This document shows positions 20,959-30,681 of a stretch of 64,000 bases of DNA, one piece after another. Position numbers and translations under genes: made by a program. The stretch spans positions 1 to 64,000 of the forward strand of contig OY970209.1 in NCBI GenBank assembly GCA_963713855.1, read 5' to 3'. The notes below the pieces were generated by a model, which searched no databases, was not told the DNA's origin, and saw nothing but the letters and a program-made list of their open reading frames with translations. Origin of the DNA: an uncultured bacterium (GTDB lineage Bacteria > Babelota > Babeliae > Babelales > Babelaceae). The stretch's first letter is position 1. Every line of letters begins with the position of its first letter.

Positions 20959-21823
20959 AAATAGATTCAAAACAGTTCTTCTTTTAGCCATGCTCAGTGG
21001 TCTTTTAATGCTTCTAGGAGGCATGGCCGGGGGTACTAAAGGTATTACTTTTGCTTTTGTACTTTCGCTTGTCATCAATGGGATTGCCTATTTTTACTCA
21101 GATAAGATGGTTCTATCTTTGTACAAAGCAAAGCCACTTTCAGAATCAGAAAGTCCAGAAATTTATAGGATTGTGCGAGAACTTGCAAGCCGAATGGATA
21201 TTCCTATGCCTAAGATATGGGTCGTTGACACAGAGATGGCAAACGCTTTTGCAACAGGGAGAAACCCGTCACATGCTTCAGTAGCTGTTACCTCCGGGAT
21301 TCTCGATATACTTTCACCTTCTGAGCTTCGCGGTGTTCTTGCGCATGAGCTAAGCCATGTGAAAAACCGCGACATTCTCGTAAGCACGGTCGCAGCTACA
21401 TTTGCAACAGCCATCGGCTATTTAGCCAATATAGTGCAATGGGGAGCTATTTCTGGCGGTAGGGATGATGACAAACGGCGGACAAACCCGCTCATACTTC
21501 TTCTAATAGCTTTTTTGATGCCGGTTGCTGCAAGCCTCATTCAGCTTGCCGTATCTCGTTCACGAGAATATATGGCTGATGAGCACGGGGCAGACGTGTC
21601 CGAAGACCCACTTGCTTTAGCATCCGCGCTCGAAAAATTAGAAAAAAATATTCCGCGAGCTCATTTAAACCAACAGAATGCAACGTACGTAAGTACTGCG
21701 CACATGTTTATTGTGCACCCGTTTATACCTCAAGGATTGATGGCGCTTTTTTCAACGCATCCACCAACGAAGGACAGAGTAAAAAGATTACGCACCATGT
21801 ATGAAAAAATGACGGAACGCTAG
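20951..21823 (+). CDS. htpX: Zinc metalloprotease HtpX (M48)
   Basis: NAFATGRNP, AHELSHVKNRD, SRSREYMAD, FSTHPP. Confidence 0.95.
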   Translation: MFKNRFKTVLLLAMLSGLLMLLGGMAGGTKGITFAFVLSLVINGIAYFYSDKMVLSLYKAKPLSESESPEIYRIVRELASRMDIPMPKIWVVDTEMANAFATGRNPSHASVAVTSGILDILSPSELRGVLAHELSHVKNRDILVSTVAATFATAIGYLANIVQWGAISGGRDDDKRRTNPLILLLIAFLMPVAASLIQLAVSRSREYMADEHGADVSEDPLALASALEKLEKNIPRAHLNQQNATYVSTAHMFIVHPFIPQGLMALFSTHPPTKDRVKRLRTMYEKMTER

Positions 21824-21850
21824 CCGGCTTTACCCGTATAAGGAGCTCAT

Positions 21851-22306
21851 ATGACAAACGAAGGGCCTTTTGATTATTATCAATTTGTTGTTTCATCCGA
21901 GCTTCTCAGGCTTTTAGAATGGCTTATCGACCACGAATATGAAGGGCTCAAAAAGCTCATCAAACGCGCTGTCGATCAGGGTTTAATAAAAAAACCAAAC
22001 ATGCCAAAGCAACAAGCACATGAACCCGAAGAAATACAACAGAATATTGTGGAGTTTTTTACGCTCCTCGATATCTTATTACAAGAAACTATTCAAGAAC
22101 AGACAACCAAGGAATTCTTAGAACGTTCACTTATTCCCGCAATAAACTGCTTTGACAGAACTATGTATGACTCAACAACTATGGCTACAAGTATTGCAAA
22201 AGCTGCAGCAGTAGTAGAAAAATCTAAAGGAGAGACGCCAAAAGAAGTTCTGTGTAAAGAACTTCTAAAGCGATGGAAGCCCCATAAAAAAATGCAAGCA
22301 CATTAG
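21851..22306 (+). CDS. Hypothetical protein
   Basis: AAGGAG RBS, 151-aa ORF downstream of htpX. Confidence 0.8.
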   Translation: MTNEGPFDYYQFVVSSELLRLLEWLIDHEYEGLKKLIKRAVDQGLIKKPNMPKQQAHEPEEIQQNIVEFFTLLDILLQETIQEQTTKEFLERSLIPAINCFDRTMYDSTTMATSIAKAAAVVEKSKGETPKEVLCKELLKRWKPHKKMQAH

Positions 22307-22651
22307 AGTAACGCCTAAGCGGCATCATAAGAGTCATAGTATTGACTCTATGAAAGGGCTCATAAGCCTGAACTCAGGTTTTATGACCCTTGACCCATTG
22401 CTTTATGCAGTTTAATTTTACCAGAAGGGATACCCCTTCTGGTAAATATGCCTAATGAGATAGACCGGTAAAACCCCGTCTATCTCATTTATACAATGAG
22501 CATATAAGGTACGCAACGCTGCAACAGGTGCACGGAACCATACCATGCCAAGTAAGGCATGATTGGTCCGCAACAGCCCTCGCAGAGGGCGATTGGTGGA
22601 GGGTCCTGCCGCGCCGCGTAGGCGCTTATTTCTCTTTGATTTACTATTTAG
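22307..22651 (-). repeat. Multi-hairpin non-coding repeat element, copy 2 (inverted relative to copy 1, with an extra hairpin module)
   Basis: TIR core CGCCTAAGCGGC 22312-22323 / GCCGCGTAGGCG 22613-22624; the reverse complement aligns with 4676-4960. Confidence 0.9.
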
Positions 22652-22716
22652 ACACACTATCTAGAAATAATTTGCATGATTGCATCTTTTAGGGAGAGTT
22701 TTAAACTCTCCTCTTT

Positions 22717-23358
22717 TTACTCACCAAAAAAAGTCTTAAAAAATCCGATTTCTTCGAGCGCTTCTCTTAGCTCAAAAACGGGAAGGCCCCGTACTGCCGA
22801 ATATGAACCAGACACTTCTTTTACAAACAATGAGCCAAGCCCTTCAATAGCCAAAGCGCCTGATGCACCTAGAGCGCCGGATAGGTCTAGGTAGGTATCA
22901 ATCCATTCCTCTGGCACATGGCTAATAGTTTGACCACTTACCGTTCTTTGAATGCGCTTTATAGTCTTCCAGTAGTCGCCATCAGCAACCTTTTTATCCA
23001 AACAAAAGCTTGTTGTAGTAAAGGAAGGCCTTTCGTGTTTTATCAGTAATATCTTGCGCGCTTCGTCACGATTGTAAGGTTTACCATAAATGACTCCATC
23101 AGGAGCGCGCGTCAAAGTGTCTGCAGATAGGACGTAAATAACGCTTCTCGCACTGAAAGGAACCGGTAATTGTGCATGTTCCATTTTTAGTTTTGAAACC
23201 GCACTGACTCTTTCTTCAAGTGACTCGATCACATCACAGGAGCTTTCATCGGCGGTATGCCCGACGGCTATAAAAGGTATTCCTATCTCGCTTAATATTT
23301 TCTGACGCGACAACGATGCGGAAGCAAGATACAAGGGGGGAGTTGCAAGTATTTCCAT
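22717..23358 (-). CDS. maf: Maf-family nucleotide pyrophosphatase
   Basis: LYLASASLSRQKIL, SADT, GKP, GSYSAVRGLP. Confidence 0.9.
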   Translation of the reverse strand: MEILATPPLYLASASLSRQKILSEIGIPFIAVGHTADESSCDVIESLEERVSAVSKLKMEHAQLPVPFSARSVIYVLSADTLTRAPDGVIYGKPYNRDEARKILLIKHERPSFTTTSFCLDKKVADGDYWKTIKRIQRTVSGQTISHVPEEWIDTYLDLSGALGASGALAIEGLGSLFVKEVSGSYSAVRGLPVFELREALEEIGFFKTFFGE

Positions 23359-23385
23359 AGTGCCTACAGGTATTTAAGTTCACTA

Positions 23386-24186
23386 TCAAAGCTCTTCATT
23401 GCAAGCCAGTGTACAGTCTTCTCCTTTTTCTGCAAGCTCGTTTATCGGACCTTCAGCGTCCTTAAAAGGTAGGCCCGACCAGATTGACCATGCATCTTTC
23501 AAACTCTCTTCAATAATTGCATGCTCTTTTATAAGCATCTCGGAATCAATAAAAAATAAGGAAAAAATTTCGTCAGGCAATAGCTGCTCGCAATCCTCCA
23601 TCATCTGATTTGTGATTTTTTCAAGTGAGCTATCATCTCTATCGTAGAGTATATGTAAAGGCATATGCCCACTGTTATTTCTTTGCGTAAGCAATGAACA
23701 GTCATTCTCTCTAACAAACTGAAAAACATAGAGCAATATCTGTTTAGTGCCCGTTCGTGCAGCCCAATGTAACACAGTTTCCCCCTCAGGTCTGTTAACG
23801 GCATAAATGAGCGATGGCCGAAATGATAAGACACAGATCAGTAATTCGAGTTCATTCCCGATGATAGCATTAAACGCTAGCACCCTTAACTCTTCTGGAG
23901 TCGCATCCGCGCAATCCCGCTCAAAGTCACTATACTTGCGTCTAACTCTTTCTTCAAAGGTTTCAATCATGCTTTCTTCACCCTCGCCATTTGCGCCGTT
24001 TACTTCTAGTGCTTGATATGGCCTTCGTCGATGTTCTTCTGGAGTTAAGTATATTGAATCATTGGTGCTTGCGGGCTGGCGTTCATCAAGGCTCAAATCT
24101 GGCATGATCCACTGCAAATAAGTCTCGTCCATCCCGTAAGCAAAACTCGAAGTTACAAAAAAAACAGCTATAAATAGAGCTTTCAT
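23386..24186 (-). CDS. Secreted ankyrin-repeat protein
   Basis: Signal peptide ending AYG-MD; GETVLHWAARTG and NNSGHMPLH ankyrin motifs. Confidence 0.8.
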   Translation of the reverse strand: MKALFIAVFFVTSSFAYGMDETYLQWIMPDLSLDERQPASTNDSIYLTPEEHRRRPYQALEVNGANGEGEESMIETFEERVRRKYSDFERDCADATPEELRVLAFNAIIGNELELLICVLSFRPSLIYAVNRPEGETVLHWAARTGTKQILLYVFQFVRENDCSLLTQRNNSGHMPLHILYDRDDSSLEKITNQMMEDCEQLLPDEIFSLFFIDSEMLIKEHAIIEESLKDAWSIWSGLPFKDAEGPINELAEKGEDCTLACNEEL

Positions 24187-24377
24187 TACTTTCCTTTTTT
24201 TAACGTTGCTTCATTACGTAAAAATGCAAATAAGTGTTGAGAATACCTTTATTTTGAAAGTAGCGCAACTTTTCATTCTATGTATCAAAAAAAAATTTGA
24301 AAAATAATACTTTGATAATGAGCTTTTTTAAAGTAAAAAAAACAAGTAAGTATTTAACAAAAAATGCGCTGAAGAAC

Positions 24378-24426
24378 AAAAAAAAGCAGTGCGTCGTAAA
24401 ACTAATTGCCTTACGACACACTGCTT
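24378..24426 (-). terminator. Intrinsic terminator of the M48 peptidase gene
   Basis: AAGCAGTG-C-GTCGTAA...TTACGAC-A-CACTGCTT stem with a T-tract on the minus strand, about 20 nt after the stop codon. Confidence 0.75.
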
Positions 24427-24445
24427 ATAGATTGCTAAAAGAAAT

Positions 24446-25267
24446 TCAGCTATGATGCTCGGCTGCTACATGCTTACTGTCAACTACAAATGGACTCATA
24501 CGCACTGCTTCAAGATTATCGAATTGAGCTATTCTTTTAGATAAATGCGGATGGCTCGAAAAAATCTCTGCAAACCAGGTCGCAAATCCTTTTTCCTGTC
24601 GCGCGGTTGTTAGTAATTCGCTCACATTTACTTTTTTATAAAGTGTAGCACCAGCAGCGAGTATTAAAAGACCTTTTGCAGCACCTTCTGGGCATAAAGC
24701 ATAGCCTATATTATCGCAAGTATATTCACGTGCACGCGAATAAGCAGCTCCTAAAAAAGGAATGAACGAAGCTGGCATTAAGAAAAATGATTTGAGCCAT
24801 GTCACGTGGTTTCTCTTAATATGGCCAAGCTCATGACCGACCACAAATTCTACAGCTGGTCGTCCTTCGTTATATGCCGCTGCTAAAACGTCTGAGTACA
24901 GGATGACGTAATTACGTCCAGCAAAACGGGTTGCAAAGGCATTTAACATGCCACCTGCCTGCACTAAGTACATGGTAGGAATGTTTTTTAAGCCAAGACT
25001 TGCTGACTGTTGAGCTAAAATTTCAAAAACTTCGGGAAACTGTTTCTGGTTAACCTTGATAGCGTTTCCTCTTAGATGTCCTATCATTAAAACTTGTGCA
25101 AGCATATTTATAAGCATTATCAATGCTATGTACGCCACATAAATGAGCACCTTAGGCTCAAAAAAAGCTCCAATAATAAGCCCAGCATACATCAAGCAAC
25201 TTACCATGCTCATAATAACGAAATAACGTCTTTCCTTAGCGTGTATCTTAAATTCCACCGCAACCAC
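24446..25267 (-). CDS. M48 family zinc metallopeptidase
   Basis: Two N-terminal TM segments, LNAFA, GHELGHIKR, SRAREYTCD, SSHP. Confidence 0.9.
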   Translation of the reverse strand: MVAVEFKIHAKERRYFVIMSMVSCLMYAGLIIGAFFEPKVLIYVAYIALIMLINMLAQVLMIGHLRGNAIKVNQKQFPEVFEILAQQSASLGLKNIPTMYLVQAGGMLNAFATRFAGRNYVILYSDVLAAAYNEGRPAVEFVVGHELGHIKRNHVTWLKSFFLMPASFIPFLGAAYSRAREYTCDNIGYALCPEGAAKGLLILAAGATLYKKVNVSELLTTARQEKGFATWFAEIFSSHPHLSKRIAQFDNLEAVRMSPFVVDSKHVAAEHHS

Positions 25268-25510
25268 CTACCGCCTATATAATTGTTGGAAAAATAGAGC
25301 ACTTAAAGAGTAGCTTATTTGAAAATACTTGGCAAATTTGTATCAGCTATATACTTTAACAACTTAGTGCTTAAAAAATAGGATTAAAATTGCACCAAAA
25401 ATACCTTAACTGAAATCAGTTAATAGCATAAATTAGCCGATAATGCCTGATTGTCAAAATGATTGACGAAGTGCTCAAAATTACCAAAGTTACAGCAAGG
25501 AGGCGGTCGT

Positions 25511-25942
25511 ATGAAAAATGACGTATACATTAAAAACGGTATTACCATACCGAGCGATGAGCTTGAGATAACTACAAGCAGGGCTTCAGGACCTGGTGGG
25601 CAACACGTCAATAAAACTGATACACGTGTGACTGTGCGCTGGAACGTTAAAAATACCACATCGCTTGACGAAGTACAAAAGGAAAGGGTCTTACAAGCTT
25701 TTAAAACGCGACTGACAGCTCATGGAGACTTTATCGTACATAGTAGTGAGTCGGGTAGTCAGTACAAAAATAGAGAACTCGCGCTCGAGCGTATGGCAAA
25801 AGAGGTCCGACATGCGCTGCATGTTCCCAAAAAAAGGATGGCTACAAAGGTATCTGCATCTTCAAAGGAAGCTCGATTAGCCTCAAAAACGCGTCGGGCA
25901 ACAGTCAAAAAAATGCGGAGTAAGAAAATCGAGCTTGACTAA
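25511..25942 (+). CDS. arfB: Alternative ribosome rescue factor B (peptidyl-tRNA hydrolase)
   Basis: SRASGPGGQHVNKT, SQYKNRE, basic C-terminal tail; GGAGG RBS before ATG 25511. Confidence 0.93.
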   Translation: MKNDVYIKNGITIPSDELEITTSRASGPGGQHVNKTDTRVTVRWNVKNTTSLDEVQKERVLQAFKTRLTAHGDFIVHSSESGSQYKNRELALERMAKEVRHALHVPKKRMATKVSASSKEARLASKTRRATVKKMRSKKIELD

Positions 25943-25946
25943 ACTA

Positions 25947-28088
25947 CTATTCTAAAGCTGTGGCTAATCGATACACAATTAAGTCAGCCTCAAAAATGTT
26001 TGCAGGCCACGAGGCGCTTACGTCGACTATTTGACCGTCCTCATCAAAAACAGGTTTAAGTAAAGGGTAGAGCTCCACTTGAGCTTTTATAGGTCCTACG
26101 ATAGATTTCAAGTTCTTCTTTAATATCCTTAAGTGATTGATGTTCCGAATTGGCTTACCTAAAGTCTCAATAAGCTTTTTGGCCTCACTGCCGTCGCCAG
26201 TCGATGTGATATGCTGCACTGTTTGCATAAGCTCTGTAATGGCTTTTAAGGTAACTTCAACATCAGTTATTTCAAGCGCTACACGCTCATAGACGCCATC
26301 ATCGACGAACACATTATCGGTGATGATGGCTGCACCTCCGGCATCAACGACCCAATGCATAAGTATGCTATTTGCCTGTGCATGGCTTCCCTCAATACTC
26401 GTCGCAGTCTCTGCTTGACCTAGCATACGTGAAAGCCCGTGAGATACCATCTCTTCTAAAATACATTTTTTAAGCTGACTTTCACCAATCTCTTGGTACC
26501 ATTTTTGCAAAAACCCGACTTTGACAAGGTCTTTTAAGTGATTAACTGCAACCCAGACAGCAATAATTTCAGCACGAAGCTCTTCAAGTGTATTGCCGTA
26601 CCCAAGTAACAATTCATCGATATTTGAAGGTGTAACTGAAATAGTGTCTCCAACCTTATACGTCAGGCCCTTAATTTTAAGCACATCACCGTCTTTAAAC
26701 GTGTGTCTGCCAAGCCGTCCACTGGCATGCCCTATGGTTTCATGCAAAATAGTAAGTATGTTGCTTATGTCCTTAGAAAGCGAGTAATCAGGATCATAGC
26801 GGTTAAGCCAATCTACGGTATCCTTTGTTGCAAATAACGTTCTCATAAGACAGGGGTTGAGCATTTTGCCGACCGTTGGCCACTCTTCATATATAATCTG
26901 TCTTGAGCCTTCCTTTGAGCGTATATCGGCGTAGTTGGGTAAGCAATATGCAAGCGTGGACTTTAAAGGACCATAACCCCCAGCACCAAAAAGCTGTACG
27001 TTGATAGATGCATTTGGTAGCACGTCAGTATTTTCCCGCTTATATTCAGAGGCCAAAGGCATCGCACGTTCAATAGCAGGTAATATTCGACTGAGGTCAT
27101 CAAGAGCTATTTTTGTTATAGTGACCTCGCCTGCCATTGAGCCGGTTCGCTCCATAGGATCGTCATACGCCTCTATAAACCCAAAGGTATACGTTATTTT
27201 GCTTTTCGTTTTTAGCCATGATCGTGAATGCTCTTTAAAATCATCCTCGTTTCCTGATGCTAAATACCTCAGTAAGTGCTCTAAGCTTTTTGCAAAATGT
27301 ATGTCAAAGTATTCCGGATATTTGTACGCGTGTTCAAGAGCTTTTTTAAACCAAAAAGCTGATACTTCAAGCTCTTTGCTATATCGACCACCAATTTTAT
27401 ACTGCTCAACTTTAGGAAAACCATCCATAACAACGTAATAATCGTTAACGCCGCCTTTTTGAGCAAGTTGAGCGTAATGTTCTTGCGTAAAACCTTCATC
27501 GTAGATATTAATACCGCACGCATCTATATTGCCATTTACCGTACAGATGGTATCCAATGAGTAATCGCTCAAAAATTCCCATACAAAAGCAACGGCTTTT
27601 TCTGCTTCTTTTAACCCCGCTACTTTTAATGCTTTAACAAGATTTTCGCTTGTAAGAGCACTGAGCCCCAACGATAAAGGCGTACGCTTGTGTGACGGGT
27701 GCTCACGTTTAAAGTAAGGCCCATTATTAGCTATCAAATACACTAAATAAGTGCGTGCCTGCTTTATAAACTCATCACTTAAGGCATAGGTAATATCATG
27801 CTCATTTTGGCAAATCGACCTAAATATATTTAACAGACTCGATGAATAGCGATGCAGCTGATCAGAGTATATACTTTCAGCAGGCAAGCTCGCTCGAAAG
27901 AGATAGTAAGCCATAACACGCTCTGCGGGCGTCAAGCCATTATAGAGCTCAGTAATTCCGGGTACGTAATGTACTAGAATCTCATTAAATTGCTCTCTCG
28001 CCTTATAATTTGGCTCAACAAGTAGGCCGTGTCCAGGATGTGACATTATCATTAAACCTAGTAACATTATCAATTGAATAAACTTCAT
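25947..28088 (-). CDS. Secreted dipeptidyl peptidase III family (M49) metallopeptidase
   Basis: Hexapeptide HETIGH, EELRAE, GFIEAYDDP, HAQA; signal peptide. Confidence 0.85.
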   Translation of the reverse strand: MKFIQLIMLLGLMIMSHPGHGLLVEPNYKAREQFNEILVHYVPGITELYNGLTPAERVMAYYLFRASLPAESIYSDQLHRYSSSLLNIFRSICQNEHDITYALSDEFIKQARTYLVYLIANNGPYFKREHPSHKRTPLSLGLSALTSENLVKALKVAGLKEAEKAVAFVWEFLSDYSLDTICTVNGNIDACGINIYDEGFTQEHYAQLAQKGGVNDYYVVMDGFPKVEQYKIGGRYSKELEVSAFWFKKALEHAYKYPEYFDIHFAKSLEHLLRYLASGNEDDFKEHSRSWLKTKSKITYTFGFIEAYDDPMERTGSMAGEVTITKIALDDLSRILPAIERAMPLASEYKRENTDVLPNASINVQLFGAGGYGPLKSTLAYCLPNYADIRSKEGSRQIIYEEWPTVGKMLNPCLMRTLFATKDTVDWLNRYDPDYSLSKDISNILTILHETIGHASGRLGRHTFKDGDVLKIKGLTYKVGDTISVTPSNIDELLLGYGNTLEELRAEIIAVWVAVNHLKDLVKVGFLQKWYQEIGESQLKKCILEEMVSHGLSRMLGQAETATSIEGSHAQANSILMHWVVDAGGAAIITDNVFVDDGVYERVALEITDVEVTLKAITELMQTVQHITSTGDGSEAKKLIETLGKPIRNINHLRILKKNLKSIVGPIKAQVELYPLLKPVFDEDGQIVDVSASWPANIFEADLIVYRLATALE

Positions 28089-28279
28089 AATTACTGCAAA
28101 CTCACGTTTTAATTATACCACAATAAACCGTTTATACCGATTCCCTACTATGCCAGATAGGCAAAGCCGCTAACAAGATTTTTAAAGCGATATCATAACT
28201 ATTCTAAAATAGGATCATTGCTTTGCGCTTATTCTTGAATGTATTCTTTTACTGCTTAACTTCAAAAGAAAGCATACCT

Positions 28280-28936
28280 ATGATTCTGAAAAAAGCAGAA
28301 GTCCGAATTCCGGTTGATGATTCACTTATTTATGGAAATTTAAGCTTGTCACCCAAAGCAAAAGGCCTTATTATTTTTGCACACGGCAGTGGCAGTAGTA
28401 GATTTAGCAGCAGGAATCAATTTGTAGCTGACACCTTGCACGCTGCACATTTTTCGACATTTCTCTTTGACCTACTAACCAAAGAAGAAGAGAGTGTAGA
28501 TGTCTACACTCGTGAGTTTAGATTCAATATTCCTCTATTAGCAGAGCGACTTATTTCGGTCACACACTGGATTCGTTCGCAAAAAAATCTGCTTGACGTA
28601 CCATTAGGATATTTTGGCGCAAGCACGGGGGCTGCTGCCACTTTGATTGCAGCCGCACAATTACCTGAAGAAATTAACGCAGTCGTTTCACGCGGCGGAC
28701 GGCCGGACCTAGCTGGATCATACTTACCAAAGGTTAAAGCTCCAACGCTCTTAATTGTTGGACAACTTGATGCGGAGGTTATCGTCCTAAATGAACAAGC
28801 TTTTAACCAACTCACTACTCAAAAGAAGCTAGAAATTGTACCGGGAGCAACTCATTTATTTGAAGAAAAGGGCACCTTGGAATATGCCGCGCGCCTAACC
28901 AAAGAGTGGTTTGAAAAATACCTCTCTGACACCTAA
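28280..28936 (+). CDS. Dienelactone-hydrolase-like alpha/beta hydrolase
   Basis: FAHGSGSSRFSSRN, GYFGASTGAAA, SRGGRPDLA, VPGATHLFEE. Confidence 0.9.
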   Translation: MILKKAEVRIPVDDSLIYGNLSLSPKAKGLIIFAHGSGSSRFSSRNQFVADTLHAAHFSTFLFDLLTKEEESVDVYTREFRFNIPLLAERLISVTHWIRSQKNLLDVPLGYFGASTGAAATLIAAAQLPEEINAVVSRGGRPDLAGSYLPKVKAPTLLIVGQLDAEVIVLNEQAFNQLTTQKKLEIVPGATHLFEEKGTLEYAARLTKEWFEKYLSDT

Positions 28937-28988
28937 CTTATTTGAACGTTTAATCAATAGCAATTAATTTTTAGGATAAAAAAGGTTT

Positions 28989-29537
28989 TTAAGTATCCAG
29001 TACCAACCATTTATTAAATTTACGATGAACAGCATCATCATGTTCAGGTAGCTCTTCATAATTTTTGCTAAACCATCTAAGCTCTTTTGACTCGCTATTG
29101 GCAACCGGCTGTTCATCGCTAACAACGTGCAATAAAAAACCTATATCGTAATGGTAGTGTTCTTTTTGGTTAGCTGTGGCTGGAATGATATGAACATCAA
29201 CATCAAAAATAGCCCTGCTTAAAGGAACAATAGCTTGTATACCTGATTCTTCTTGCGCTTCTCGAATAGCAACGCTTAAAACATCCGCATTACCATCACA
29301 GTGGCCACCTAGCTGCAGCCACTTATCAAGACGCGCATGATGCATTAAAAGTGCCTTTGATTTGTCCTTACTCAAAAGCCACGCCGATGCAGTAACATGC
29401 CCAATAGTTAGTGTCCGCTCAAAACAGTCCTTATGAGACTCAATAAAGGAAAGTATCTTATCCTTTGAGGACATTTCCTGGTCCGAAATAGGCATATATT
29501 GTTGAAGCTGTTTGATGAGGGTAAATCTGCTAGCCAT
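28989..29537 (-). CDS. NUDIX hydrolase
   Basis: GHVTASAW, Nudix box GGHCDGNADVLSVAIREAQEESGI. Confidence 0.92.
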   Translation of the reverse strand: MASRFTLIKQLQQYMPISDQEMSSKDKILSFIESHKDCFERTLTIGHVTASAWLLSKDKSKALLMHHARLDKWLQLGGHCDGNADVLSVAIREAQEESGIQAIVPLSRAIFDVDVHIIPATANQKEHYHYDIGFLLHVVSDEQPVANSESKELRWFSKNYEELPEHDDAVHRKFNKWLVLDT

Positions 29538-29551
29538 TACGTAAAAATCAC

Positions 29552-30436
29552 CTAAAAAAAGTTTTTAAGAAACTGAAGGTTTTTTTGATACAAAAAAGCT
29601 TTGGTGTTTTTCCATGTTCCCCGTTTTACCGTAAAGCCAATTGTAGCAATTGCCTTTTGCAAACGCAAAAGGGGTATAAGGTTTTGAAAATCGGGGACTG
29701 ATCGAACAGCGGCATATCCCGCTAAAAATGCCCGTTTATTTTCCGGAGTCATCGCCCAATTATGCTCAATAGAACACGGGTCCTCTTGAGCAAAGCTTCC
29801 CGCGCTTGAAGCCCAATCAATTATTGCCTGCAACTTTCCTTCTAAAACTAATAGGTTGCCAGGGCGAAAATCGCGGTGTACGATGCAGGGCCCATCGGCT
29901 AAAAGTAAAAGGTCAATGTGCCTATCAACGTAGTGACGGCATTTATCTATAAGAAGATCAGAAAGGTTCCCGGTACACTCATCTATAGCTTCTTCAAACT
30001 TCTGAGAAAAATGGAATCGAGCATCCATGGTCAAACTTTCCGGTCGCGCAAGATCACCATACCCTTCGACACGGTTACTGTGTATGCGTGCAAGAAGGCC
30101 ACCAATATCGTAAGCCATTTCGCGACTAAGTTTTGCAGCATCAAGTAACGCGCCTGGCACGCATTCCATTAAAATAGCCCCGCAAATATCAGCTTTTGGA
30201 GATACTAGCCCTTTTTTTCGAGGCACAGGTAAAAAAGATTTTGCAAAATGCTCTAAAAAATACCGCTCACGAAAGTAATCTTTTGAGCGCGTGCTTATTT
30301 TCAATATAAGCTGCTCACCAGAAGGACATGTAATCTTGTAGACGATTGCCACCATAGCATCTTGGTGCTCAATGCGTTCAAATGAAGAGCCGTAAAGGTT
30401 AAGTTTTTGCTGATATACTCTAAGTAGGTCATCCAT
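29552..30436 (-). CDS. Aminoglycoside phosphotransferase/choline-kinase-like protein
   Basis: LILKI, VHRDFRPGNLL, IIDW. Confidence 0.88.
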   Translation of the reverse strand: MDDLLRVYQQKLNLYGSSFERIEHQDAMVAIVYKITCPSGEQLILKISTRSKDYFRERYFLEHFAKSFLPVPRKKGLVSPKADICGAILMECVPGALLDAAKLSREMAYDIGGLLARIHSNRVEGYGDLARPESLTMDARFHFSQKFEEAIDECTGNLSDLLIDKCRHYVDRHIDLLLLADGPCIVHRDFRPGNLLVLEGKLQAIIDWASSAGSFAQEDPCSIEHNWAMTPENKRAFLAGYAAVRSVPDFQNLIPLLRLQKAIATIGFTVKRGTWKNTKAFLYQKNLQFLKNFF

Positions 30437-30582
30437 AAGGCATCTTGCCAGGTACTGCTAACAACTAGTTTAAAGCAATTTCTAGCATATTCAATGTACT
30501 AACCGAAGAATTTTTCAGATCCCTTGTTTATCGCCAACCTCTATTGGTACTCTTTTAGTAAGAACCTTTTAGAAAGTTTTTT

Positions 30583-30681
30583 ATGAAGATCAAAATAGCA
30601 TCTGCGTTTTTACTCAAAATTTTGCTTTTATGTTTGGCGCTTGCCATCAGCACCATACTGGTTACCTGGCTTAGGCGTTAG
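30583..30681 (+). CDS. Candidate 32-aa single-pass membrane peptide (not in ORF track)
   Basis: Reads MKIKIASAFLLKILLLCLALAISTILVTWLRR*; AGAAAG upstream; stop overlaps the stop of the convergent ankyrin gene. Confidence 0.3.
   Translation: MKIKIASAFLLKILLLCLALAISTILVTWLRR

Noticed and set aside
22418..22657. 79-aa ORF similar to part of ORF 4526..4771 (LNSxSKRNxRLRGA)
   Set aside because: The similarity comes from the shared DNA repeat; the frames diverge after indels, so it is not a conserved protein.
29552..30436. APH-like gene as an antibiotic-resistance determinant
   Set aside because: Only the generic kinase fold motifs are visible; substrate cannot be inferred.
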